Positions 12,368-23,378 of a DNA stretch of 64,000 bases are shown here, piece after piece. Under the pieces are notes generated by a model that made no database searches, was not told the origin of the DNA, and saw only the letters and a program-made list of their open reading frames with translations. Positions within the stretch are counted from its first letter, which is position 1, and every line of letters begins with the position of its first letter. The stretch spans positions 1,674,001-1,738,000 of the forward strand of contig SMSO01000025.1 in NCBI GenBank assembly GCA_004764695.1. The letters run 5' to 3'. The position numbers and the translations under genes were made by a program. The stretch is from Schizochytrium sp. TIO01 (Eukaryota; Protista; Bigyra: Labyrinthulomycetes).

Positions 12368-13852
12368 CTCGTGCAAGAACGGAGAAGTCTGCAAACCAGA
12401 GCTAATCCAGAGAATGCCGTTTTCGCAGTCTCAGACAAACTTCCTGGGAGAATTTCTTTCCTGGTCCGTATTTCCCCGCACCGCTCCCCTTGCTGGACGA
12501 GCTCGAATCCCTCTGGCTCTGATCCACTCAATCAGGGTCTGTTGGGTTGCGGTTGCTTGTTGAGTGATTCTTTCCTCAACATCAATTTCGTTCCTTCATT
12601 CGCTCCCAACTACTCAACTGTAATATATTACTTTGCTACGACCTTCTAACCAAGGCCTAAGCTTCTTCCAGTCTAACCACGGCTCCACGGTGAATCGGAG
12701 AAATAGATGTACTCCCGTAGAGTGAGCTGTTTCTCCGAAGCTTTGGGTTCTGCAAATTCGCTGTCGCTTACACCTGTTCTTCAATTCTAAGAACAAAACA
12801 AAAAGAACAGTAACGACTGCTAACCTAACAATTTGTTCCTGAGCGAGTGATTTAAAACAAAAGAAGAACCTGTGGTACCTTACCTCTATTTCATTTCACT
12901 CACACTTAGCATTCTTCCTAGGCAGAGGTATCGGGTCGAGATCTTTTTAAAACTTGGGTAAAAAACTCAAGCCAAAAACAAGCACTCAATACGTCTAAGG
13001 TGTTTGGGGAGAACGAAGAAACCTCGATGCTTCGCGTAAGTTTCTGGTTTCGTTCATTAATTTGAACAGAGATAATGAGGAGAGATAGCTGCTTCAGGAC
13101 CACCCAGTTGCAAATTGAGGAGCATTTGTTCGAATTCAGCGCTTGAATTCCGTCGTCAAGTGGTTTTATTATATATAATTATTTATTTTAATTATTTATT
13201 TTAATTATATATATATATTTTCCAAAATGATCTTTTACATTATTTATGGATTTTCGTTTTTGAAAACATCTTTTTCGAGTGAAAACATTTGTTGTTTCCA
13301 ATATTGGAATTTCTTATTATTGGTATTTGTTTGTTCTGGTTGTTCTTTTCTAAAATAATGACAATCACCATATTAGTTTAGAGTATCACTATACTATGTT
13401 GATCCTCATGATGTATTTCTAATACGAGTGGATCCAAATAGTTCCACCTTGAAGGGCCACTTTTTCCAATTGTAGTCGTGACACCGTATTTAATCTCCCA
13501 TCTATGGTATTGTGCTTCCATGCGGTGCGACCAGACCCGAATCAAACAATCTCGAACTGTGCGAATAGAACTAGACAATGGGTTGCACAAGGTACCTGCC
13601 AAACTCTAGGAGATTGCAAACAAATCGTTTATAAGTCATTACGTCCTCCAATCTTGATCACTCGCCAGTTTGTGATTGCTTCCTATGCATACCAATATTT
13701 ATTCAGCCTGAGGTACTACTTTGTAATTTATCCCTCGTACAGTGTGCAAGTTGGATTTGAGGGTGTGTAAGAAACAAAGATCTATTTTTTCATCTGCAAA
13801 TCGTCAGCAGCAGACCCCAATCGTTCGAAGAACCAAAATTCCTTCGAATACC

Positions 13853-15968
13853 ATGTTTGGTATAATTGCCAAGGGGGCCTTCAAGGTCATGGGCATGCTA
13901 GGAGGAGCCAACACAAGACGTGGGCCTCACCCTTCGATTGCTCAGATGTTCACGACCAGTTCACCCACCAATATGGGACACGTCGAAAAAACTGCAAAAC
14001 TATACGATGCTCTGATTCTGGCTAGGGATCGTTATGATAAAAAACTAGAGGAGCGAACGAGTGTCTTGCAATACATTAAAGAGCTTGACAGTGAAAAAGA
14101 CAAGCTTTCGCAAGAAATCAAGGATTTGAAGAGGAAACTCAACGAAGCGCTCAGTCCTATGGACTACTTGTGTCTGTATCACATCTTTGATAATGATGCT
14201 GCACCAGACGAAATGATTGAACGCTATTTCAAATGTTCGCTCAATGAGATAGATAAAAGCATCAGCCAAACATTTGTTTCGTTTAAATCGCTTGCCAAGA
14301 ATGAGAAGGCGTTAAAACTTAAAGAGCAGGAACGCCGTCCCCATATAGACCGCCTTAGAGAGATTGAGAAAACCCTCCATCTTTATTATAAGGATGTGGT
14401 TACGCCCAGGTCTGAGCTACGTAAAATTTATTGCCAGGTTAACTTTATGGAGCTCACGAACAGGAATTTACCAATTTTGCCAGTCGAGGATTATAATAAT
14501 CCAGGATTGGAGTCAACCCCAGACCTAACTAGTTGTTTTGCCTCGCCTTTGCGGGTGAGGACGATGGAGATATCTTCGTTCTTGAGGTATTGCTCAGATC
14601 ATGGGTACGTTGATATCCTACGCGAACTGTATAGTTCGGTCGACTTCTCTTCGCCATTTGAAACGATGAGCAAGCAAAGTTCTTTAAATAACGAAGGTGC
14701 TGTCGTCAAAGCGTTTGGCAAAGTGGTGCAGATCCTACTAGAAGCCATGGGAGAAAAACCCAACGCCAATGTTCCTCGACACCTTACCAATTTCTAGAGA
14801 TGGAGTGATGCAGACCCTGGGTGCTCCGGGCTTGGTCATTTTCAACAAAGAAGACAACGATTCCCGCACAAAATTAATCGTTGGAGAATTTTTTAGTGAA
14901 AAGATCACCTATGACGACCTCAGTGCGAGTTTCTGTGATTATGATTGCGTCGACGACGAATACCCCTCGGAACGGCATGGCGGATGCTCAGGTGTTCACC
15001 GCTTGTACAACTACATGGTTTTGAATGGTCTATTGGTTGGCATATACTCGAATTATAGACAGACTTTTGTTTTGATCAGGGACTGTGAGGGGAATCTACT
15101 GATTACAGAACCTGTTTGGGATGAGGATGTGGGTGACATTGCCAATGGCAAAGTCAGTGCGATGCAACTTGTGTCACTTGCTATTTTGCTCGCCGCCGAT
15201 AAAAGCGAGATGGACTTCAAAGATTATGGATGTCCCGAGTTTGTCTCCTGTTCTGGCGGCCCTGAAGTTACTCGCGAGCGTTGCGTTCTGCCAGATCTTT
15301 GCATGCGCGATCGGGACCGGAAAGAATCGAAAAGCAAAGACGCCAACTCTGTGGACGCAACGAAGTTTCACCAAGAAGTTACAAGGACTGATGAGCAGAT
15401 ATACTTGCCATTGGTACTACTTTCTGGGTACACTGAACTTTCACCTGGTCATACGGGCCGAACGATTCGCGTCGACCTCCCCCTATCATCAGGTGAAAAG
15501 GTCGACACCGTCTTGAAGATATTGGATTACCATAAGCAGCATCAGGTGGTGCGGGAACTTCAACAGGAAGCTAAAGTTTACAAGCACTTAAAACCGCTAC
15601 AAGGCAAATCTATTCCTGAGTTTGTGGGTTGTGGCTTGTTTGCTTGCGAGATGGTATATGGTCTCGGAACAAAGTATGCCGGTGAACCTTTATTACCTGA
15701 ACACATTACTGATGAGTTTGTGGAAAAGGCAGTGGCGGCTCTACGTGAAATCCATTCCTATGGTGTTATGCATCAAGATGTGGCGATACGCAATATTCTT
15801 TACAACAAGGAAACTCAAGGGCCTGTCATTATTGACTTCGGCTCGGCCTCTTTCTTTAAATGTTCCGGTGAAGATAACGCTTGGTTCATGGAGGATTTTG
15901 TTGAACATGACATTCATAGACTTCGATATGAGTTGGAGACAGAACGAAAGAAATCTAGAAAAATTTAA
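13853..15968 (+). CDS. Crinkler-effector-type REase-like + protein kinase gene, split by a frameshift near 14742-14797 (possible pseudogene)
   Basis: ORF1 (ATG 13853-14797) has a coiled coil and ends in NNEGAVVKAF. ORF2 (14769-15968) has GAPGLVI..IVGEF..LYNYMVLNGLLVGIYSNYRQTFVL (REase-like block) followed by kinase motifs VLK, ELQQEAKVYKHL..LQGKSIP, HSYGVMHQDVAIRNIL and IIDFG. Confidence 0.65.
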
Positions 15969-16276
15969 ACAAAACTTACAGTTGCATTTTTTTCTTTTTT
16001 TAAATTGAAAGTTTTGCGAAAATATATTGCATGGCAATTTGATGAGACCTACAGTAAACAAAACAATAAGCCCCCGTAAAACAGAACAAAGACAGCGCAC
16101 CGATAGTGAAGACCAAGATGAGTCAATTTCTTCAAGCAAGTCCTTCAAGTACGAATGACTAGTTCCACTGCTGCTACTATTACCAGTCGCATCAGAAATT
16201 GTTGGCGCTGAAGAAGAATTTCATTTGTAGGGTGCAGCAGTCAGAACCATAGGAGAAAATTGTAGGCAACAATGTC

Positions 16277-16662
16277 CATCACAGCGACGTGCAAGATGAA
16301 GATAGCCAGTTTGTCCATGAACGGAGCCAAAGTGATGGCGACGATGGCCACAATGCGCATGTTGACGATGAAGAAGAACATGATGAAAACTATCATGGCG
16401 TGATGTCAAGATCAAGTAGTGAACACAACATGCTCGCTGAAAACTTAGATGACGAAGCAGATATTGCTAATTTGAGCGACGCCACCGCTTTACGTAATTC
16501 CGGCGGATCGGATTTTGAGCCCCCTGAAGAGCGCGAGTCATTAAACGGAGACTGGTACAATGATGCAGATGACCAGCGCTCGCACTACACACGCTACACA
16601 GGCTACACAGGCTACACTACAGAATCGCGCGCAGTTCGAACGGTTATTGCAACTAGGGATGT
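16277..16662 (+). pseudogene. Duplicated internal fragment of the inositol 5-phosphatase gene (source 21924-22297)
   Basis: Manual alignment gives about 15 substitutions over 374 bp plus 3-nt and 9-nt insertions. No ATG-initiated full gene. Confidence 0.95.
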
Positions 16663-16672
16663 ATACATGTCC

Positions 16673-17880
16673 TTTATTAATAAAATAACAATTAGGTTGC
16701 CTTTGTGGTTGCTCCAATACCTATGGTGACCAGAGAGGTCTGGGATGGTCGTCATCAGCTGGAATTAGGTGGCATCGGTTGCCTGTCATCGGATCCTATC
16801 TGATAGCACCGGCCGGCAATACCTTCCTGGCAACAGATTGCATCGGGTCGCATCGACTGGAATCTATCAGCCACCAGGGTTCTGAGAATGAAGGAAACTT
16901 TACTCTTAAACCTTTCCTGCGACGGGGATATCCACAGGGTCTGTGTCTCAGGCAGCTAAGGTGAAGTTTTGGATTTTCCGTATGAAGTTTGACGACTCAA
17001 CTTCAGGTGGGCTTCACTAGCAGAGCAATATGTTAGTTTGGTTGAAGTAGAATTCCTCGCATTAGGATCAAGAGAATTTGGTATTAGTGGTAACCAGATA
17101 CTTTCTGGCAAATTGCAACGATCAGGCTTGTGTGGCTCTGAAAACGAGCTTGATGATGCCAACTGGAAACTTCAACTGGAAACCCCAGACGGAGGGTGTT
17201 CGTGCCATGTGCAATGATTGGGTATCTCATCAGTTGCCGATTTTCATGCAGCTGCAAATCTTGACATATTAGAGCTGATATTTCTTCTGCCTGGTTGATG
17301 ATGTCTTTCATTGGTGCGGATAAAAGGAGGAGATCAAGGCCCTTGTACTTGCTGTGACGCTCAAGTTCAAGGGAATACTACCGAACAGTGTAAGCTCACA
17401 TATTCCATCACTCATAGGATGGATCAATCTCGTGCTCGCCAAATAAGAACCGAGCGATTGCCTTCTGACATCGTCATTCTGTTCGCTCCACGAGAACTCC
17501 AGCGATAAGTGATCTGAGGGATATGCTGAGACCTGGGTTATTGTCTGCCCGAAAGGATTGGTAGGATCAGCCTACGTGGCGAGAATGAGTACAAGCACTT
17601 TGTTACTAGTACGTATAAGTTTATTCTCAAGATTCCTTAAATTTTTATCGTATTGGGCTTGATCTCCAGTGCTCACAAATTCGCAACTCAGGAAACGAAA
17701 GGCTCATCGGTATTCCTGGTACACTCTATACCCAAAGGTCAGGCTAATAATTTCTGTCATAGGTGATCTCTTTGGTTGGTAGAAAGAGGTTTCGGAATAG
17801 AAACGCTAGCATGGCCCCTGGACAATTGTTGAATTGAAATGTGATTTTCTCTCCAGAGAACATGCCACGCGCCCAGTTCT
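16673..17880 (-). mobile_element. Probable decayed non-LTR retrotransposon (LINE) ORF2 remnant, RT thumb and downstream region
   Basis: Minus-strand translation across stops and frameshifts gives, in the expected order: FRFLS (cf. FxYLG, ~17700), IPQITY (~17520), QKAIARFLFG (cf. IxxFLW, ~17465) and RHSKYKGLDLL (cf. PKxxGGLG, ~17355). No YADD core or polyA tail seen. Confidence 0.35.
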
Positions 17881-18720
17881 ATACTTTAGTTACGGTAATA
17901 AAGAAAAAACAAAAAGCAAACGGGGTATCAATATCAGTTCCTGCTAGAACGTCTCGCTGACTACACGACCCGTCGCAGCATCACTGAGACAATTTGAACT
18001 CCCCGATCCAATCAGAAACCACGATGACTGGATGGCGCTTAACGTGGTCGCTTTGTAATCGAATCAAATTGTGTTGACCTAAAGATGCGCAAACAGGCTT
18101 TTTGATTCATGGGTTCCTTTTTTATTAATTAAAAAAACAAAACATTTAAAAAGAAAAATCGAAATTCGCAATCTCATCTGTTTATGACGGACCTCACGCT
18201 GGAGATGATGCGGCATTACTAGCTGAGTTATCTGTAGAGGTCACAGACTAGAACTTGAGTTCAACTCCCAACACTAGGAAGTGCGAATAGATATGGCTGT
18301 TGAGCCTCAGTTCAAGTTGGGTTTTAGAAGTTGAAAGTTTTAACATGATACTCACTTGGTGTGCACCCAACACCTCCTTTTGGAACTACCCTCCTTCTAT
18401 CCTAAACTATAAAACATAAAACTGGAGCATGCACATCATCACCAGAAGATCTTCATCGCCAGTGAAAATAGAGTCACCATAGAGTCCATAGGTCGCGTAG
18501 ACACCGTACAGAAATGCAAGCTTAACCTGCCAATGGGACATCTTTTATCACAGCAAAGTAAAGTCCCAGCGTTGCCGCTTTCCACGTGTTAGTTGGAAAC
18601 TTTGCATTCGATTTGCAATATTCAACTATATCGAGCTTATTCTTACCTTGAACGAGTACTAGGTAGGTAGTACCTAACTCAGTCAGATGCAAGTACGATG
18701 GCGCGAAGAAGGGAAGGTAC

Positions 18721-18757
18721 GAAGAAGAAGAAGAAGAAGAGGAGGTAGAAGAAGAGG
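18721..18757. repeat. (GAA)/(GGA) trinucleotide repeat
   Basis: gaagaagaagaagaagaagaggaggtagaagaagagg. Confidence 0.85.
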
Positions 18758-20120
18758 AACTGAGATGAACCATATTACACAAGAACTTGAAATGCAATAT
18801 CACTTGAAGCGGGTAGTGTTCCTGGTCGTAAGTAGCCTCAAATATCGAACTAAAATGAATATATCTTCCAGGGAAAGAAAACCTTTGATGTTACAAGAGT
18901 AGATGAGAGAAAAAGAAAAAAGAAAAAGAAAGTGCTGATAGAAGAAAGAATGAAATACTGTAAGCAAACCAGCGCGGAGCAATTCTTCGCTTTGCCGGCT
19001 GCCTCCCTGTTACGGAGTCGTACCTGTTTGTGCTGCACCTTCACGCCGTACACGAGTGTGCATACATACGCATACATACTGCTGTCTTATCCTCTCCACC
19101 ATCACGAGAGTCGCTGGGCCCTCGCTTTCGTTGCCGCCTCCATCGTGGCGCGGCACGTGCGCTTTTCCTTTCTTTTTCTTTTGTTTTTTACTTGCTGTCG
19201 AGTTCAATCGATCGAACTTTGCAATAGGTTCTTCTTTACCTTTCACTTGCGTTCAGTTTGTACGTGCTTTTCAAACGCGAGCGAGTGAAGGCGTGCAAGC
19301 TACTGGCTGACAAGAGCACTAAAGTTTGCTGTCCGGCGTTCTGGCGACCTCTCCTGAGTTTCGACCACAGCTGCGAGAGCATTCTCTATTATAGCCTAGG
19401 AGGTATCTATCTATCTGGTTGGCAGGCGGCGTGAACTGTTAGTTCTAGACGGAGAAGTTGAGTTTTAAAGAGGACATCTCATTCTTCAACTTAGCGAAGG
19501 GAACTGACTCTGCAGCTCCAACAAGGGGCAAAAGTAAAACTCATACCTCACATCTCTGCTTGGGATTGAGGCTCGGAGCAACAAGCCTAACTTCTGAGGG
19601 GCTGGTGGCGTTCAGGAGGACAAGCATTTGTGCGTCTACCTTTCAATTCATAGATCAGGCCGCACGTGCAACAAGGGCCCCGCAAGAGGACTTTTAGAAC
19701 CACCTGCTGCAGCTAAGGAGAAACTGGCGATCTTGTAAAATTGAAACTTGTGACAACAGGCAGTCATAACTCAGGTGGCAAAACCATCTATTGCCGGTTG
19801 TTGCCTTGGTGTGGTACTACTTCTTTCCTGCTTGAACGAGGGAAGAATTCTGGAGACTCAGCGAAGAGCTAACAAAGCGCCTCGAACCTCTTCAGACTTT
19901 AGCACGAAACCTCGCCAGTAAGCAGAGGTTCCTGAGAGGGTAGACCGTTCAACTTTTACAACGTCAGTACGAAGAGACAGTACGAGAAGCTTGGAAGCCC
20001 CCCTCTAAACTCGAGCGCCCTGAGCTGAGTTGAGGAGTGCTCACTGGCTGGCTAGCTAGCCAGCTAGCCAGCTAGCTAGGCCGCTACTCACCATCGCTTG
20101 CGTGAAGACAAACGGAGGAA

Positions 20121-22919
20121 ATGACCAAACTCCGAATATTTGTTGGCTCTTGGAATGTCAACGCTAAAGCAGGTAAAGGCCAAGACCTTCGCAACTGGTT
20201 GTGTAAATCGAGTGCAGCACCAGATATCGTTGCAGTTTCCTTACAAGAAGTTGTACAACTCTCAGATGTGATAACTTATATGCAAAATAAACGTAGTGAA
20301 GAGGCTTCTGAGGCTTGGGCTCGCCAATTCGTACAATGTTTGGAGTCACATCAGCCCTATGACGGAGCCAAATATAGCGTTGTTGCGGTCTCACAGCTAG
20401 TCGGCATCATGACGTGCGTCTTGATTCGCTCAGAGCATTGCTCAAAACTCAGCCAACCCATGATTGGCTTCGCAGCTGTTGGGAGATTTGGTGTACTTGG
20501 AAACAAAGGCGCGGTGGCTGTCCGCTTTCGCTTGCAGATTGGATCTCATCGGTTCAAGACTTTCTGCTTTGTTGGTTCACATTTAAGTGCCCATCAGAAG
20601 GAAGTTGTGAAACGTAATGCGGACTACTCACATATCTTTCGCTCACTTCGATTTGCAAATCTTGATATCGCTAATTCAAAGGAATACTTGACAAAGAGTA
20701 TGGTATCGGTAGAAACTTTCCTGGGCCTGAAACGTACGAGCCAGGGAAGTGGACATTCTGGAAATTCCGCTGAGCTCTACGATGACCACGAATCAGAGGC
20801 ACCTGTGTTGCACCTATCTCATTCGCATTTATTACAATCAGGAGCTTCGGGATTTTCTAGTGAAGGTGGTAACGATGCACATACCGAATGCTCATTTCAA
20901 GAGATGGATACGACTTATTCAAAGTCTATGGAAGTGTATGATGAAAGCATGACACATGAAGACCAAAATGGGGACCTTGAGTCCATTGAAGCAGATTCCT
21001 CCCTTAGGGGTGTGAATCGAGGTGATTCGGTCTTGACCAGTCCATTAAGTGCTGGGCCCCGGACACTGTCAATTCTAAAACCAAAGTCACAGCTTGCCAG
21101 AGCTGGCCGTAGTATTAGCCGTATAAGCATGTCTCTTTCAAAACGAACAGGAACTATACTTAGCGGAGTAAGTAGTAGTGTAGTAATTGGCGGCTCACCT
21201 ACCTCGGCTGCATCTGCGAGTAAGTCTAGTGCAGAAGAAGACTTTGCAAATCAAGCTGACTTGTTGGCTCTATCATATGGAAGAATTGGAGATGAACCAA
21301 TTAAAATCCAAGACCACGATCTTGTTTTCTGGTTCGGAGATTTGAACTATCGTATCGACTCTTTCTCTTGGAGAGAAACAATCGAGCTGATACGCCAAAA
21401 AAACCTAAGTCTTCTCATGGAGCATGACCAACTTATTACAGAGCGCGCCCATGAGCGTGTCTTTCACAAATTTCATGAAGGTGTCATTAATTTCGTACCT
21501 ACATATAAATTTGAACCTGGAACAAATCATTACGATACCCGTGGCCCCAAAGAGAATGGGAAAAGGGTTCCGCGAACACCATCATGGTGTGATCGGGTTT
21601 TATGGCGTGTAAGTGAGGCATCTGGGCATAACTTAATTCAGCAATGCTCCTATTTTTCATGTCCAGAATATAAGATTTCCGATCATAAGCCAGTCGGCGC
21701 AGAGTTCATTTTGCCCTTTGTCGAGCTTAGTATACTGAAAAGACCAGGCTTGGTGACAGCAGCTTCGATGATCGTGGGCGACCGATGGTCGCATCGCTCA
21801 AACCAGCGTGGACGTCAATCTCGTCATTCAGATCCAGATCGACAGCTCCCTCTTTCTCAGCAACTCTCCCTTCAGGATTTCCCATCAGATCTTCATTCAG
21901 GTGAAGAAGATGCTGAAAGAAGTCATCACAGCGACGTGCAAGATGAAGATAGCCAGTTTGTCCATGAACGGAGCCAAAGTGATGGCGCCGATGGCCACAA
22001 TTCGCATGTTGACGATGAAGAAGAACACGACGAAAATTATCATGACGTGATGTCAAGATCAAGTAGTGAACACAGCATGCTCGCTGAAAACTTAGATGAC
22101 GAAGCAGGTATTGCTAATTTGAGCGACGCCGCCGCTTTACGTAATTCCGGCGGATTGAATTTTGAGTCTGAAGAGCGCGAGTCATTAAACGGAGACTGGT
22201 ACAGTGATGAAGATGACCAGCGCTCGCACTACACAGGCTACACAGGCCACACTACAGAATCGCGCGCAGTTCGAACGGTTATTGCAACTAGGGATGTCAA
22301 AGCAAGGTCTTCAGAAGAGATTTCTTTTCAGGCGGGTGATCTTTTGGAGCTCTTCATGGAGGAGAAATTACGTATTGATGATGGTTGGTTGCTTGGTCGG
22401 CGGCTTTCCGATGGTGCAATAGGATATTTCCCTGCAAGCTCTGTTAATGCTTTGGGAGCGATGTCAGAGAAACGGCAGTCTGGGCGTGGTAAAACGCTTA
22501 AGTCTTTGCGAAAAGCCACTGCTCTCCGTTTCGATCGAAAAAAAACTGAGCGCCTTATGAGGCTACATGAAATCGAGGAGGACATCGAAGCACATGAGCG
22601 TGAGCTCAATCGTCGCCAGAGGTTTCTCAACATCCTTCGCAAAGCTCTCGTAGGCACCGCCAGTAAGATGTATGAGCATGAACGTACAAAATCAATGCGT
22701 TTCTTTGATGATGTCTATGATGATATGGTGGCCATTGGTGATTATGAAGCAGAAGACTCTGATGAGTTGTCATTCGAGAAAGGTCAGCAAGTAGAGGTCG
22801 TATCATTTTGCTTTCAAGAAGACGATGAGGATGGATGGTTTATGGCGAGAATTGGGGAGGATGAAGGTCTAGTACCGCGTCGGTTCTTTGAGCCAATTGA
22901 AGTAAATTCCCCCCTTTAA
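20121..22919 (+). CDS. Inositol polyphosphate 5-phosphatase with a large Ser-rich insertion and two C-terminal SH3 domains
   Basis: Motifs GSWNV, LQE, GNKGAV, SHLSAH, WFGDLNYRI, PTYK, PSWCDRVLW and SDHKPV. SH3 motifs: EISFQAGD..GW..GYFPASSV (~22273-22445) and DYEAEDSDELSFEKGQ..GW..GLVP (~22722-22898). Confidence 0.93.
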   Translation: MTKLRIFVGSWNVNAKAGKGQDLRNWLCKSSAAPDIVAVSLQEVVQLSDVITYMQNKRSEEASEAWARQFVQCLESHQPYDGAKYSVVAVSQLVGIMTCVLIRSEHCSKLSQPMIGFAAVGRFGVLGNKGAVAVRFRLQIGSHRFKTFCFVGSHLSAHQKEVVKRNADYSHIFRSLRFANLDIANSKEYLTKSMVSVETFLGLKRTSQGSGHSGNSAELYDDHESEAPVLHLSHSHLLQSGASGFSSEGGNDAHTECSFQEMDTTYSKSMEVYDESMTHEDQNGDLESIEADSSLRGVNRGDSVLTSPLSAGPRTLSILKPKSQLARAGRSISRISMSLSKRTGTILSGVSSSVVIGGSPTSAASASKSSAEEDFANQADLLALSYGRIGDEPIKIQDHDLVFWFGDLNYRIDSFSWRETIELIRQKNLSLLMEHDQLITERAHERVFHKFHEGVINFVPTYKFEPGTNHYDTRGPKENGKRVPRTPSWCDRVLWRVSEASGHNLIQQCSYFSCPEYKISDHKPVGAEFILPFVELSILKRPGLVTAASMIVGDRWSHRSNQRGRQSRHSDPDRQLPLSQQLSLQDFPSDLHSGEEDAERSHHSDVQDEDSQFVHERSQSDGADGHNSHVDDEEEHDENYHDVMSRSSSEHSMLAENLDDEAGIANLSDAAALRNSGGLNFESEERESLNGDWYSDEDDQRSHYTGYTGHTTESRAVRTVIATRDVKARSSEEISFQAGDLLELFMEEKLRIDDGWLLGRRLSDGAIGYFPASSVNALGAMSEKRQSGRGKTLKSLRKATALRFDRKKTERLMRLHEIEEDIEAHERELNRRQRFLNILRKALVGTASKMYEHERTKSMRFFDDVYDDMVAIGDYEAEDSDELSFEKGQQVEVVSFCFQEDDEDGWFMARIGEDEGLVPRRFFEPIEVNSPL

Positions 22920-23294
22920 AACACGACGGGTTTGAATAAGATCGAGGTTTTGTCGGCATACTATAAAGATGATAATCGATTTCCCTATGGAATGCGGCGT
23001 GAATTCTTTTGAAAAGCACCGAGATCAACTAAATTTGTGATGACTATCTTGCTCTACCTTTTGTAAATGAAGTATATATATTTTCTTATAAAGTATACAA
23101 CCTAATCAAAGTCAAGCGAAAAAGAAGGTACCTAGACAGCTTTTTTCTTGGTAGGCATCATTAGCTATTCCTAAATTCTTGTGGAAATTGGCCACGTGCC
23201 TATACTTCAGCAGAAATTGTGCATCGATCTGGACTTCACGAGCACTGCTGCATTCTGTCAACATGTGTCCTCACCCTTAAAACAATTTTTTTTG

Positions 23295-23378
23295 AGGGAG
23301 CATTCTAATATATTAAAAGTTGCATCTGATTCCCTTAGGGAGTATTTTAATACAATCAAAGTTGCTCCTGATTCCCTA
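23295..23378. repeat. Diverged 42-bp tandem duplication (2 copies)
   Basis: agggagcattctaatatattaaaagttgcatctgattccctt followed by agggagtattttaatacaatcaaagttgctcctgattcccta. Confidence 0.8.

Noticed and set aside
1157-14797. Programmed ribosomal frameshifting as a common explanation of the three frame breaks
   Set aside because: No X-XXY-YYZ heptamer or shared shift motif; directions differ (-1, +1, +1). Indel, assembly error or intron explanations are simpler.
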